Shown here in pieces: positions 1-12,341 of a DNA stretch of 64,000 nucleotides. The position numbers and the translations under genes are program-made. The DNA is from Octopus sinensis. Taxonomy: Eukaryota. The DNA lies in assembly GCF_006345805.1 (NCBI RefSeq), contig NC_043004.1:99076001-99140000 (forward strand), given 5' to 3'. The notes beneath the pieces are model-generated. The model did not search any database. It was not told the DNA's origin and saw nothing but the letters and a program-made list of their open reading frames with translations. The number at the start of each line of letters is the position of its first letter. The first letter of the stretch is position 1.

Positions 1-283
1 ATACAAAACAAATATACAAGCAAGTTGTGCTCATGAGAAACCGACAATTAATGCAGGAAACCAAAAGTTTAAACTATATTCTTAACTTATTCAATAATAA
101 ACTTCCCTTCTAGAATCTTCCAGTAATTGCTTGTATCCGAAAGTGAAATATATATATATATGTACATATATGTGTGTGTGTGTGTGTGTGCATGTATATT
201 TATGCACATATAAATATACATGCACACACATAAATATATATCTTAATTTGGATTACACACATGGAAAAAAAATTGCTAACCAT

Positions 284-325
<42 letters not shown>

Positions 326-338
326 CACTACTAATAAT

Positions 339-373
<35 letters not shown>

Positions 374-600
374 TTTTGATAATGATGATGATGAGGTGGA
401 GGAGAAGAAGAAGAAGAAGAAGAAGAAGAAGAAGAAGAAGAAGAAGAAGAAGAAAAAGAAGAAGAAGAAAAAGATGAAGAAGAAGAAGAAAAGGATGAAG
501 AAGAAGAAGAAGAAGAAGAAGAAGTTGAAGAAGAAAAAGTATAAGAAGAAGAAAAAGATGAAGAAGAAGAAGAAGAAGAAGAAGAAGAGGAGAAGAAGAT
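284..600. repeat. Compound trinucleotide microsatellite (ACT)n-(AAT)n-(GAT)n-(AAG)n
   Basis: Directly visible. It explains the poly-T/N/K/S/F ORFs at 131-765. Confidence 0.97.
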
Positions 601-1569
601 ATAAAACCATAATAAAGGCAAACTTAGAAAGAAAGATGAAGAGCTAATGATGTTAGTTAAGGCTAGAGGCATCCAATTTACATTCACCATGTCTATTTTA
701 TTAAGCTTAATTATTCTTAATATAGTGAGGGTAGATCTTATTTTGAAATGTAAGGACAATGTCAACCCTTTGGCCAGCGTATGGAGAGGTTCTAATGAGA
801 GCTAGAGTGGGCCAAATTTATTACGATTCCACAAATGTATTCTAATATATGAAGATGTCGAAGAGCAAGTGATCCCCATTATATAAGTAAATAAATAAAT
901 AAATAAATAAATGTTGTCGCAAATAAAAAAAAAAAATTAAACACCCCTTTCCTATGTTAATTTGGGCAGTTGAAATACTTTTTTTTATTCCTCTGCATCA
1001 CATTGACGTTTTCATGTTTGCTTGTTATTCGTAACCATCAAACCTACCTACACTGGAAACTTTGTTAAAACGCCATTAATTCAATGCTTTCACTTTGTAT
1101 TTTTTTCTGATATTTGTAACTAATTTATCTGGCATGTTTGAATGTCTGTTTACTTCTTGTTCATGCTGTAGCATCTTTCTAATTGTCAGCTAAATGCGGT
1201 TTATTTTTGTGGAAATAAAAAAAGAGAAATCAAGAAACAATTAAGAGGACATAAGCACATACATAATACATCCATAATACATCCATACATAGATACATAA
1301 ATCAAAATATCAAAGGATGTTAACCAACAGTTGTGTTACACAACTGTCAGTTAATATTGCTACTATAAACCTGAAGATTACAGAAAACATGAAAGTACTT
1401 GTATTACCATAGTATGTAATAGTGTAAAATTGTAAAACATACACACAAAATTTCAAACTAAGACTACATTGGAATTTCAGTGACTAATATATTTGCGTGT
1501 ACATAATTAATGTCCGTGTTTGTACAATGGTTAATGCCCCAGTACACTCTGAAAATTGTTTGCATTTGC

Positions 1570-1720
1570 ATGGGCATCCAGCCATAGAAACCATACCAAA
1601 CAAACAAATGGAACCCAGGCAGCTCTCCAGCTGCCCACCTCCTCTCAAACTGTTTGATCCATGCCAGTATGAAGAACAGACATTAAAAGTGCATGATGGT
1701 GATGATGATGACAACGATGA
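1570..1720 (+). mobile_element. Diverged RTE-type LINE 3' end with (GAT)n tail
   Basis: gggcatccagcc...catgccagtatg...(gat)n resembles the better copies at 2327 and 8085. Confidence 0.55.
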
Positions 1721-1799
1721 TGTACGTGTGTGTACACAGAAAGAGAGGGAGACGGATGTAATATATATACATATATGCATATGTATATATATCTGTGTA

Positions 1800-1838
<39 letters not shown>

Positions 1839-2114
1839 CACACACAAGAAAATCACCATTCGATTATCTATATTTCCATGCTGGCATGTCTTAGATATAA
1901 CTCTCATTGAGGCAGATTATCAGTGGCCAGATACCCTTCTTCCTAATATTAACCCTCAGTTGTTTCCAAGTAAGGTAGTATATCCTAAAGTCAGATATAT
2001 TTTCATGCTAGACAGGATATGATAGAATTTATCATAAACACATACATACTTATACATGTATGCACACATAAACACACACACACACAAACGCATGCATGAA
2101 CACATACAAATATA

Positions 2115-2270
2115 CGCCTTTCAGTTCCAATCAATAAACTTTACTCACAAGTTTTTTAATGCCATGAGTCTATAGTAGATGACACTTGCTCAAGGTACCA
2201 TGCAATGGAACTTAACCCACAACCACATGGTTTGAAAGAAAATCTGCTTAACTGTAGAGCCATGCTGTAT
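2115..2270 (-). mobile_element. Diverged 5' part of tRNA-derived SINE family A
   Basis: gacacttgctcaaggtaccatgcaatggaacttaaccc...accacatgg matches the head of the 8588-9014 copy. Confidence 0.6.
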
Positions 2271-2326
2271 ATATATACATGCACATATGTATGTACATAT
2301 ATATATACGCATATATATATATATAT

Positions 2327-2492
2327 GAGTGGTTGGCATTAGGAAGGGCATCCAGCTGTAGAAACACTTCCAGATCTGACTGGCCTGGTGCAGCCTTCGG
2401 GCTTCCCAGACCCAGTTGAACCGTCCAACCCATGCTAGCATGGAAGCGGACGTTAAACGATGATGATGATGATGATGATGATGAGATGATGA
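2327..2492 (+). mobile_element. RTE-type LINE 3' end with (GAT)n tail
   Basis: gagtggttggcattaggaagggcatccagc...aacccatgctagcatggaagcggacgttaaacgatgatgat is shared with 8085-8216, 13930-14115 and 16470-16660. The last of these follows an RTE-like C-terminal ORF. Confidence 0.8.
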
Positions 2493-2507
2493 TATATATA
2501 TATATAT

Positions 2508-2706
2508 GACCTCGTGTGTACCGTTGCGATTTTTTTTTCCTCTGTCTTCCCTTCTCTCTGATCTTCCTTCTCCTAAGTTTCCGACGAAGAGCTCCACTCG
2601 AAACGTTAAACCCTCCTTCTTTCCTTCTTTCCTGAGCGTCCAATAATACTATATTGTTCCACGCCTCGCGTTGTTGTGTTTTTTTGTGCATTCTTGTTTG
2701 GATTAT

Positions 2707-2709
<3 letters not shown>
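2508..2709 (+). mobile_element. Probable Penelope-like terminal-repeat fragment carrying a hammerhead motif, flanked by (TA)n on both sides
   Basis: Contains a minimal type-I hammerhead at 2577-2611. The PLE assignment is inferred from the known association of such hammerheads with PLE terminal repeats. Confidence 0.55.
2577..2611 (+). ncRNA. Minimal type-I hammerhead ribozyme motif with variant core (CCGACGA)
   Basis: GTTT-CCGACGA-A-GAG-ctcca-CTC-GAAAC-GTT-AAAC gives stem I GTTT/AAAC, stem II GAG/CTC and a palindromic ACGT stem III. U4 is replaced by C. Confidence 0.6.
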
Positions 2710-2746
<37 letters not shown>

Positions 2747-2990
2747 CATATATATTATGTATATATATATACATACATATATATATATACATATATATAT
2801 ATACATATATGTGTGTACATATATGTTAATATATATGTGTGTGTGTATGTATGCATGTATGTATTTATCTATGTATGCCTGGATGGATGGATGGATGGAG
2901 GAATTGCTGGATTTAATTGTGTGTGTCTGTGATTCTGTGTGTATTTCTGTAAGTATATACATTGTTTATACTGTATAATATATAATATCA

Positions 2991-3071
<81 letters not shown>

Positions 3072-3354
3072 CACACATGTAAAAACATACACACACCAAC
3101 ACACACAAACTTACAGAAATATGCACACACGCAGAAGCAGACTTATACATTTATACACAAATATATCTTCATATAGATGGATAGATCGACAGATATCGAT
3201 ATAAAGCAATAGATATAGAATATGAAATAGAATAATTAATCCTTAGCTATGAAATATTTGGTCTGTGAAACCAATATTTCTTATTCACAATAGTTTTAAA
3301 AATCAGTACCAGTGTATTCTCAGAACTCATTTAGACTTAACATTTTCTAATCTA

Positions 3355-3435
3355 CTTGGATAAATTCTATACATCCATTTTTATCAATATTCCTTGCATC
3401 AGAAGTTTATCAATGTTCACAGCAGCATATTGGAC
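3355..3435 (+). pseudogene. Possible degenerate Penelope-like RT fragment
   Basis: Hand translation FYTSIFINIP...AAYWTDK resembles the PLE RT motif xDVTSLYTNIP...YW. The match is short and decayed. Confidence 0.3.
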
Positions 3436-3663
3436 TGACAAATAAGGAAAGAAACTTCAAGAAATTCGAGGGATTATTTTGGCAAAAATCCAGAATAGGC
3501 GTCAACAACAAAAGAAACCAATTACAGGGAGATATTATTCTATAGAAATGTAGAATTATAAAGTGAAGAATATATCTCTGTGTATGAGTGTGTGTATGTA
3601 TTTCCATACATATAATCTAAGGATTACAAATATGTGTACACATACATCCATATATATACATAT

Positions 3664-3696
<33 letters not shown>

Positions 3697-4580
3697 CATA
3701 TACTTATATACATATATATATATATATATATATACATACATACATACACATAGAAATATATTTGTTGACATAATATGTGTGCGTGTATATGTATATATAC
3801 ATTCATACATACATATATATATGTATGTATCTATATACATATATACATCCATAATTTACTTACATATCTGTATTTGTGTGCTGAGTGGGCTTCTCTGTGT
3901 GTATTCCTAAATACCTGCACATATCTTTCAGTCATGATTTTTATGAGCCAATGAATATGTATCAACACATACTTAAAAGTATTTTTGTGATGATATATTT
4001 TTGTATAAGCTGTACATGTGTATATTTTTTACTGTACACATGTTATAAAACATACAGAATTGGTGCTGTAGCTAAGAAATCTTCTTCACAACCTCTTATT
4101 AGTGGGTTTGATTTAAATTCTTTAAAACCCTTACAGATATTGCCTCAACTTTGCTTCAGTTCAAGAACAGAGTCCAATAATAAATATAAGCACAATAACT
4201 CAGATGGTCAATTCCAGTTCTGTTTTTATTAAATAGAAGTGAATTAAAAGCAAATTTGTCATGGAAATCATATTTACCTCACACAGTTAACTATGAGAGA
4301 TGGGTGTTATCCATTGAAGATCTAATTGTTTGTCACTGAGAGCTCGTTTGTGACTGCTTCTCTCTGATATTTAATACATGTTAGTTAGTCAAAGTGAGTC
4401 TTAATGACAGATTGTTAGTCTCTGATTCTAAAGTGATGACTCTACTGAGAGTTTCTTATTATATTTGAAGTTATTTGATATTTTTGCTGACCCAACATTC
4501 AACGAAGCAAGAAACTTTGCTTAGCAATAAATTAATGAATTATGAATATTACCTTTCTAAAATGATATATGATATATATC

Positions 4581-4870
4581 CACCATTTTTCCAACAAAAG
4601 CCTTGGGCACGTTTTTGAATTCCATATTTCAAATACACATGGACATGCTTACAGAATCAAAAAACAACACAGCACTCATGACTTTCAGAAACATTTTCTC
4701 GCACTCAGATAGTTCAAGAATGGAATAAACTACCCACATCATTCATTAGCTGTCAAGACATCCTTCAAATCTTCCATGCTTCCTGAAATCTGCCAACAGT
4801 ACCTCTGATACCATCTTTTTTTTTCTTAGTTGCCGTGCACCTCAGCACTGTATAAAACAATTTCTTACAT
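4581..4870 (+). mobile_element. CR1/L2-like LINE 3' fragment, degenerate
   Basis: Homologous to 33570-33950, in opposite orientation. Encodes a decayed HFxxLR...WNKLP C-terminal motif. Confidence 0.7.
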
Positions 4871-4931
4871 ATTTAAAGATGACTAGTCTGTTAGAAAACT
4901 GCTTTTCGAGATAGAAGCAGTATAAGAACTA

Positions 4932-5321
4932 GTCATGTAATGTTATGGTTTGCCCTGCCCCTCTGGATAATCTGACATGTCATGTAATGTTATGGTTGGC
5001 CCTGCCCCTCTGGCTAATCTGACATGTCATGTAATGTTATGGTTTGCCCTGCCCCTCTGGCTAATCTGACAGGTCATGTAATGTTATGGTTGGCCCTGCC
5101 CCTCTGGCTAATCTGACATGTCATGTAATGCTATGGTTTGCCCTGCCCCTCTGGCTAATCTGACATGTCATGTAATGTTATGGTTGGCCCTGCCCCTCTG
5201 GCTAATCTGATATGTTATGGAATGTTATGGTTTTCCCTGCCCCTCTGGCTAATCTGATTAGCCAGAGGGGGAGGGCAAACCATAACATTACATGACATGT
5301 CAGATTAGCCAGAGGGGCAGG
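4932..5321. repeat. 47-bp tandem array (about 7 units) followed by about 1.4 inverted units
   Basis: The unit gtcatgtaatgttatggtt[t/g]gccctgcccctctggctaatctgacat starts at 4932, 4979, 5026, 5073, 5120, 5167 and 5214. The inverted part runs 5256-5321. Confidence 0.95.
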
Positions 5322-5334
5322 ATTGGCCCTGCTT

Positions 5335-6196
5335 TGGCAAATCCCTCGGACATGTATCCTTTTGGCATTGAACTGATGAGCTTTATGGAACTTTTGCCCA
5401 CTTTTTATGCAATAATCAAAAGTATTCACCTTCAGGTTTCTGTTGAATTTTTCGTATCACTCTATCTCATATACTCCTGATTGGCTTGGCCAAGTAAGTT
5501 TTTTCATCCCATTTTCAGTCAACCATTGTTGATTCCTTTTCGCTGTATGGCATAGAGCCCCATCTTCTATGAATAAAAACTCATTTTCGTTATGTTATTA
5601 TGTGAATACATCAGAAGTTGCTTAGGTTGATGTATTTTCCAGAGTTTATGGTTCCAACGCATTCAATTAGCTCAGAACGACCACTGCTGGTGACAGCTCC
5701 CCATACCAATACAGAGATACCACCATGTTTCACAGTTGGTTGGAGTTGTTTCAAATCAAATTCTTGATTGGGAAGACCCAACACATCTACTTTCTGAAAA
5801 TAATGCAAATCTGGGTTCATCTGAGAAAATCGCTCTATCCTAAAATGAACTGGATTTTTCTGGCATCTCCTCATTTCTTTCTTTTCTTCTAGTGGCTCTT
5901 CCATAATATGCTAATGCAGATATGTAACACACATTCTTGGACTAACTTCTAGCTGTTTTGTGATATCAGAAGCCTTTGAACGGGGTTCGTTTTTCACAAT
6001 TCTTTTCAAACAGCGAAGCTTCCTTTCCAAGGGCCCAGGTCAGCCAGGACGAGAATTTGAATTGCACTATAATTCTATTTACAGGAATTTGAAGATTTTC
6101 GGAAATTTTTTGCTGGCAAAGACCAGCCTCAGATTGCCCAACAATACGACCTCTTTGAAAATCTGACAGTTCTGCTGAATTTTTTGTGCAAGGCAT
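5335..6196 (-). mobile_element. Degenerate Tc1-family transposase
   Basis: MPCTKNSAELSDFQRGRIVGQSEAG (paired-like N-terminus), PTVKHGGISVLVWGAVTSSG (Tc1 signature) and KLISSMPK near the C-terminus. Frameshifts and stops are present. Confidence 0.9.
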
Positions 6197-6254
6197 GGTT
6201 ACTCTTTGCAAATGTTTAATATAATGGCTCCTGGAATGAAAAAGAATAATTACA

Positions 6255-6445
6255 TTGTCTATTTGTCTGTCACCATTGATTAACCACTGATGTTGGTGTG
6301 TTTGTTTTCCATACATTAGCAGTTCGGCAAGGAAGACTGATGGAATGAGCACTAGGCTTACAAAGAATAAGTCCTGGGGTTGATTTGTTCGACTAAAAGC
6401 ATGGCCACAGACAAATGACTGAAACAAGTAAAAGAATAAAAGAAA
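6255..6445 (+). mobile_element. 3' half of SINE family A
   Basis: gttggtgtgttt...gaataagtcctggggttgatttgttcgact...aaatgactgaaacaagtaaaaga. Confidence 0.75.
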
Positions 6446-6452
6446 AAATATA

Positions 6453-6648
6453 CACAAGAGGTACTGGGTATCAAGAAAAGTGTGGTTGCGGTCCCAACCT
6501 TCTGAGTTCTTTACAGGGATTAGAAAAATTGAAGGGCCACTGCAATAAGCATGCAAGTCTGATAATGGAATATGTTGAATAAAATCTTAAGTAACTGATC
6601 CACCATATTTCCTTTCACCCAAAGCAAGAACTTTTCAGCCCCTCCTCT

Positions 6649-6652
<4 letters not shown>
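6453..6652. mobile_element. Tc1/mariner-type MITE
   Basis: The 11-bp terminal inverted match tacacaagagg (6451-6461 vs 6644-6654) includes TA target duplications. The right end ggggctgaaaagttc (reverse complement) resembles mariner TIRs. Confidence 0.6.
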
Positions 6653-6704
<52 letters not shown>

Positions 6705-6708
<4 letters not shown>

Positions 6709-7271
6709 GTTGTCCGGAAAGTTTGTGCCGATTTATATTAGCTTACCTTTCGACTTATTTTAAAACATGGCTGAGTCCATAAAATAGATTTGACTACACC
6801 TCTATTTAGAGCACAGTTTAAGCTGTCTTTCCGTGGAAGAAGATTTATGTTCCTATAACCTGTGTTAATTCTGTAACCCTTTAAAAGGGAAGATAAGAAA
6901 GTTCATTTTTGGCACTTGATGCTTTGGGAACCAGACAAAAATTGCTGCTGCTTGGCTGGGATGTGTTACCCCACCCTCCATATTCACCAGATATTGCTCC
7001 TTCGGATTTCTATTTATTCAGGTCTCTGCAGAATAGTCTTAATGGTAAAAAATTTCAATTATTTGGATGACGTAAAAAGATACCTTGATGAATTGTTCGC
7101 CATGAAACCACCTCAATTCTGGGAAGAGGGTATTTTCAAGTTAAAGGAAAGATGGAGACGCATTGTGCAACAAAATGGTTCATATTTGGTTGATTAAAAA
7201 TGTAATGGCAAGTATTTATTGACCTTTTTCTTTCCTTTAAAAATTGGCACGAACTTTTCTGGACAACCCAA
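6705..7271 (+). mobile_element. Mariner internal-deletion derivative with both TIRs
   Basis: TIRs ttgggttgtccggaaagtttgtgccgattt and aaattggcacgaacttttctggacaacccaa, with TA flanks. It retains HPPYSPDIAPSDFYLF and the C-terminus KLKERWRRIVQQNGSYLVD*. Confidence 0.93.
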
Positions 7272-7273
7272 TA

Positions 7274-7790
7274 TATTTCGTTTTTGGATTTGGTTTGCAA
7301 AATTCTTTATGTGAGTTTGTCTGTTGAAGCATATACTGTTGTGTCTGGGGAGAGTCATTCTCTTTTGGTGCCTTGTGTTTAACATGCTCACCGGTGGAGT
7401 TTCCGTTTATTTCTTTTTTATTTTTCTAAAATCTTTGTTCCGTCTTGTAACCTTTTCAATAGTTTTGACTCTCCAAACTATTGAAAGGGTTGCAGGATGC
7501 AGTAGGAATTTTGGAAGAATAAAGGGGAAATGGGGGGAAGTTTTACTGGTGAGTGTGTCTCTCCACTGTCCTGTTTTTGTTTCCAACTTTGACCCTCCAT
7601 AAATCCTAAATTTTATTTTAGAATTTATGGGAGAAACTGTTTTTGAAGACTCATATTGTCGTTGAATGCTCGAAATGAGGAGTAAATGGACAGCCTACAA
7701 CTGATGAAGGCTCGTTTCTCTGTGTTCACTTGTCGTGTTTTCCATTTTTCTTCTCGTTTACGTATTTAACTCGTTTTGTCTACATATTTC
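7274..7790. mobile_element. Unclassified interspersed repeat, same family as the insert at 20201-20409
   Basis: tatttcgtttttggatttggtttgcaaaattc...ctgttgtgtctgggagagtcattctc...ctcaccgg is homologous to the reverse complement of 20280-20400. Confidence 0.7.
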
Positions 7791-7841
7791 GTGCTGTTTG
7801 CACAGTTGGTGACATCCTGTATCCATATATTCATACACACA

Positions 7842-7873
<32 letters not shown>

Positions 7874-7877
<4 letters not shown>

Positions 7878-8216
7878 AATCGTGGCCGATGCCAGTGCCG
7901 CCTCGACTGGCTTCCGTGTCGGTGGCACGTAAAAAGCACCATCCAAATCGTGGCCGAAGCCAGTGGCGCCTCGACTGGCTTTCGTGCAGGTGGCACGTAA
8001 AATGCACCAATCCGACCATGGCCGATGCCAGCCTCGCCTGGCACCAGTGCAGGTGGCACGTAAAAAGCACCCACTACACTCACGGAGTGGTTGGCGTTAG
8101 GAAGGGCATCCGGAGCCTGGTGCAGCCTTCTGGCTTCCCAGATCCCCGGTCGAACCGTCCAACCCACGCTAGCATGGAGAATGGACGTTAAACGATGATG
8201 ATGATGATGATGATGA
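7874..8216 (+). mobile_element. RTE-type LINE 3' region with three internal subrepeats of about 65-70 bp and a (GAT)n tail
   Basis: Three copies of gccgatgccag...ggtggcacgtaaaaagcacc, then the shared RTE-type 3' end. Confidence 0.8.
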
Positions 8217-8299
8217 TATATATATATATATATATACACACACATATATGCATACACACATACATATCTACATATATATCATTATTATTACTATTATAT

Positions 8300-9400
8300 G
8301 TATGTCTGTATGCCTATTACAAAATTTTATCTGTTTAAAACATACATGACTTCAAGAGGTTAAGGATACCTTCCTTGGTAGAAAACCAGCTAACAACCTT
8401 ATGTGGTAATGGAACATACCAAACCCAGAAAATTATTGTTGAGGCACTAACACAAGAAACATATTGGAAGTTTTACCTTATATATTTGTACCCATTATTG
8501 TGAAATTAATGAGATCTGCAACATTATATTTCAAAACATACTAATGGCGAAAATAGACACCAGGTTGAACCAAATTCTTCAAGCACATACTCTTTACTCT
8601 TTACTCTTTACTCTTTTACTTGTTTCAGTCATTTGACTGCGGCCATGCTGGAGTACCGCCTTTAGTCGAGCAAATCGACCCCGGGACTTATTCTTTGTAA
8701 GCCTAGTACTTATTCTATCGGCCTCTTTTTGCCGAACCGCTAGGTGACGGGGATGTAAACACACCAGCATCAGTTGTCAAGCAATGCTAGGGGGACAAAC
8801 ACAGACACACAAACATATACACACACATGCAAACATATATATACATATATACGACGGGATTCTTTCAGTTTCCGTCTACCAAATCCACTCACAAGGCATT
8901 GGTCGGCCCGGGGCTATAGCAGAAGACACTTGCCCAAGATGCCACGCAGTGGGACTGAACCCGGAACCATGTGGTTGGTTAGCAAGCTACTTACCACACA
9001 GCCACTCCTGCGCCTATGAAAAACAAAGTTAGCCCAAATTAATCAATGAAATGTGAACGAAGGCCAAATTTCAAGCAAAATCAATGGAACCAAAAGCAAA
9101 ATATGTAGAATATCTAGTTGTGGTATATGTTTCAAATGGGGTCAGGTAATCAATATACAAAGATATCATTACCTGTATATTTGTTAACCCAAATGGTACT
9201 TAACATGGTCAGAATATAGAGAGAACTACATCGGGAAAACTGTGATAACCTTAAGACAACACATGACAGCATAGACCACAAGTTCAAATACCAGGGGATA
9301 GACAGTTAGAACTCAGTGAACATATAGATACATGTGCCAGTAAGAAACTACCAAATTTTGCAGTTTTCCCCTTATAGCAATTTGCCAATGGTACATCACA
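8300..9400 (+). pseudogene. Degenerate Penelope-like element (linker plus GIY-YIG endonuclease), interrupted by a SINE
   Basis: Hand translation of 9020-9380 gives KQS*PKLINEM*TKAKF, CRISSCGICFK (Cys motif), NYIGKTVITLRQHM and QLELSEHIDTCASKKLPNFAVFP. The left boundary is uncertain. Confidence 0.7.
8588..9014 (-). mobile_element. Full-length tRNA-derived SINE family A
   Basis: Head ggcgcaggagtggctgtgtggtaag...ggttccgggttcagtccc (A/B-box-like), internal TA/CA microsatellite and (GTAAAGA/GTAAAAGA)n tail. Confidence 0.92.
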
Positions 9401-10149
9401 GCAGCAATGCTTCAGCAAAGAAACAGCATTCATAATGAAATACTTCTTAACCACTATCAGCAAAAAAGGCTACTGGTACGAAAGCTATTGTTGCCGCTGT
9501 CTCTGCTGTTCCTATAACCACTGCTGCTGATGTTACTACTGCTGCTACTACTACTACTGCTATGGCCACTACTTCTACTTCTACTACATCTATTATTTTC
9601 ATAAATTCTACTGCTTAAGCTGCTATTGCTGCTTCTACTTGGAAGGTCAATAGAATCGCTTCTGCTACAGTCATTTCTGTTGCTACAACAACTACTGAAA
9701 TCTACCATATGATTTTTCTACCATTGCAAATTTCTTCTTGATATCAACATTGCCAGTAAGGAACAACGGGCAGCTGCCACTGCTAAAACTGATACAACTA
9801 CCTTGACCCCACAGCCATCAGAAGGAGGCCAACAACCACTGTCTTATTAATTTTGTATGAAAAAACAAGTGTAAAATGTGTTTTGGATACTACTATCATA
9901 AAAGATTAATTAAATTTAATTCAAATCATTTTCCACCTTCATATTGAAACCAGTTGCATATTTCAATAAAAATGTAAATTTTACATCTTTTATTAATGAT
10001 AAATTTCTCAAAATATACAAATATATGTTGATAATGTGCAGTGTTTAATATATGTCAATGTATGTGAAGGCTACAATGATTACAAGCTGGGTTGTGGTTC
10101 TGGTCACTCAGTTCTTCTCCTCATAAAGCACTTCAGCTCGATGGAAAAG

Positions 10150-10950
10150 AGCAGAATAGACTAAGGAAGCAGTTTAGAGTGTCATCAATTATGAAGGCGT
10201 ATTTCTTGAAATTAGCAAGGAAACATTTGTGTATGTGTCAGAAAGTAAAATTTAGTTTAGTGTTTTGGTTATTAGTTAAGGTTGCTATAGAGTAGCGGAT
10301 AATATAGTGTTTCTCTGTAAGACAGAAATTGTAGCACTTTGAACTGTTCATAGATTTGTTGTTGGTGGTCTCACCTTTTACATTCCAATTTCAGTTCCAC
10401 ATTGACATTTCTGTGATGTTTACCAGGTTACAATAATGAAACAACCTGTTGTGCCAGTGTTGGCAACTTTTGAAGAAGTGATCCATAAGTCCTATGTAAT
10501 TTGTTGATATCTTGTTGGTGGAAACATCACCATGGAAAGTATTATATTTTCTTGACATTTGCCTTTAAGGATAAAAGATCTATATTGAATATTGGATTCT
10601 TTCATTTTATATTTGGTTGTAATATTTTATGCCTTTTGATAGCACTAGCCATGTTTTTTTTGCATTTGTAGCAACCTTTGTTAACATTGCTTTTGTAATG
10701 GAGCTTATTACAGATACAGCCATTTAAAATCGTTTTCTATTTTGAGAGAAGAGATTGTCTAGGATTCACTGCTGTCATTGGTGAGGACTTTATTGTTTCA
10801 GTATTAGCTATAGGTAGATCTATATGACCTTGGTGAAGAAAGATTCCTTGAAAGACAATAAACATGTCCTTATACTGATCTTAATTGATATATATTTGAT
10901 GGCACTCAATGAATTGTATATAGATAGACAATAGAATACTGTTGAGGATT
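10150..10950 (-). pseudogene. Degenerate Penelope-like GIY-YIG region, second family
   Basis: The minus strand gives LKGKCQENII, YIGLM and SSKCYNFCLTEKHYII, matching the PLE GIY-YIG C-terminal CxLCLxEK motif. Confidence 0.7.
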
Positions 10951-11137
10951 CTGGAGTGACTTAGATTCTGTGGATCTAGTTTTAAGTGTGATATCCTGGG
11001 AAGTTTACTCCTAAAAGTTTCACTTTCACTGTTACTCTCAAGCTGAAATACACCTGTACAAGATGATGGCTTGTAGTTTCAAATCACATGAATAGAAACG
11101 AACTTGCAAATGAAAAGGTTTCTATATTCAACAAATT

Positions 11138-11360
11138 AAGGCGGCGAGCTGGCAGAGACATTAGCACGCCGGGCGAAATGCGTAGCCGTATTTCGTCTGC
11201 CGCTACGTTGTGAGTTCAAATTCTGCTGAGGTCGACTTTACCTTTCATCCTTTCGGGGTCGATTAAATAAGTACCAGTTACGCACTGGGGTCGATATAAT
11301 CGACTTAATCCGTTTGTTTGTCTTCTCTGTGTTTAGCCCCTTGTGGGTTGTAAAGAAATA
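11138..11360 (+). mobile_element. tRNA-derived SINE family C with 15-bp TSD
   Basis: aaggcggcgagctggcag...gagttcaaattc...cctttcatcctttcggggtcg...aaagaaata. The TSD tatattcaacaaatt is at 11123-11137 and 11361-11375. Confidence 0.93.
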
Positions 11361-12341
11361 TATATTCAACAAATTTAATCTGAGGGTGATGAGTGAGGTG
11401 AACCATATAACAGTAAACGTTCTGACTGTTATACTTAAACTAAACTATAAGTGTTGAAGCTGATGCAGTTCAGGTTTACTATGAATTCCAGGAAGACAAC
11501 AACAGAGACAAAAAAAAAAGCACAAACAGAAATGGTTTTCAGCTAGTAATAATTTTGTATAGAAAGGGCTGTGAAACATTTCCCCAAGAATCTTGGAGAT
11601 AAAATGCAGTAAATGTAATGGGATGAACATTTTTGGATTTATGTGGAATAGGTTGTGAGCATATACAGCTAGTTGGTTCAGAAGAGTAAAGACAGTTGTC
11701 ATAGTGATAAAATAGGAAGAACCATACATTTGTAAATCAATGGTTGCAGTGTTTTTGTCAATGTACTCATATGAAAAAACAGTAGAAATTTCAAGATGTT
11801 TCTTCATTGATACTTAAAAACAAACATAGGTTTGGCTCCTCTCAGACACTCACACTCTCATATGAGAACACACTGTAATAATTCAATCCAAATTCACTTG
11901 TTCCAATAATGTAAATGTATTTTATTATCAGGTTCAGCTCTGAAGTGTTCAATTTCAAAATAAATCGATTTCCATTACCAACTAAGTATACAAGCAGAGG
12001 ACCAAATGCCTTGCAGTATTTGTGCTGGCTCTTTGCATTCTGAGTTAAAATCCCAACAAAATCAACTTTACTTTTCATCCCTTCAGGCTCAATACAGAAA
12101 CAGTCCAATGTAATAGATTTGCAGAATTGTTAGAGTATTGTAAGAGATTTATTATGGAATCTATTGTGAATCTTTGCATTCTGGGTTCTTTGATGGCTAG
12201 TGTTATCTATTGTCCAGTTTAACGCCATTGTCTGGTCTTTAGGTACTGTCAGTAAAGTTAATTCTATTGCAGCATTCTCCCTTCCTCTTGTTAGTCACAG
12301 AGATCTTGGAAACTAAACGGTTACATGTGCTGCCATGTAAC

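Noticed and set aside
131-765. ORFs encoding poly-K, S, F, T, N or Y
   Set aside because: They are translations of trinucleotide microsatellites.
4932-5257. 47-bp array as a CRISPR array
   Set aside because: The units are contiguous, with no spacers.
7640-7725. tgaaga...gctcgaaat and ctgatgaaggc as hammerhead parts
   Set aside because: The motifs cannot be assembled into a valid three-stem junction in this copy.
7874-8075. Regularly spaced GC-rich repeats that could be read as a CRISPR array
   Set aside because: They are diverged internal subrepeats of an RTE-type 3' region with no unique spacers, in a eukaryotic context with no cas genes.
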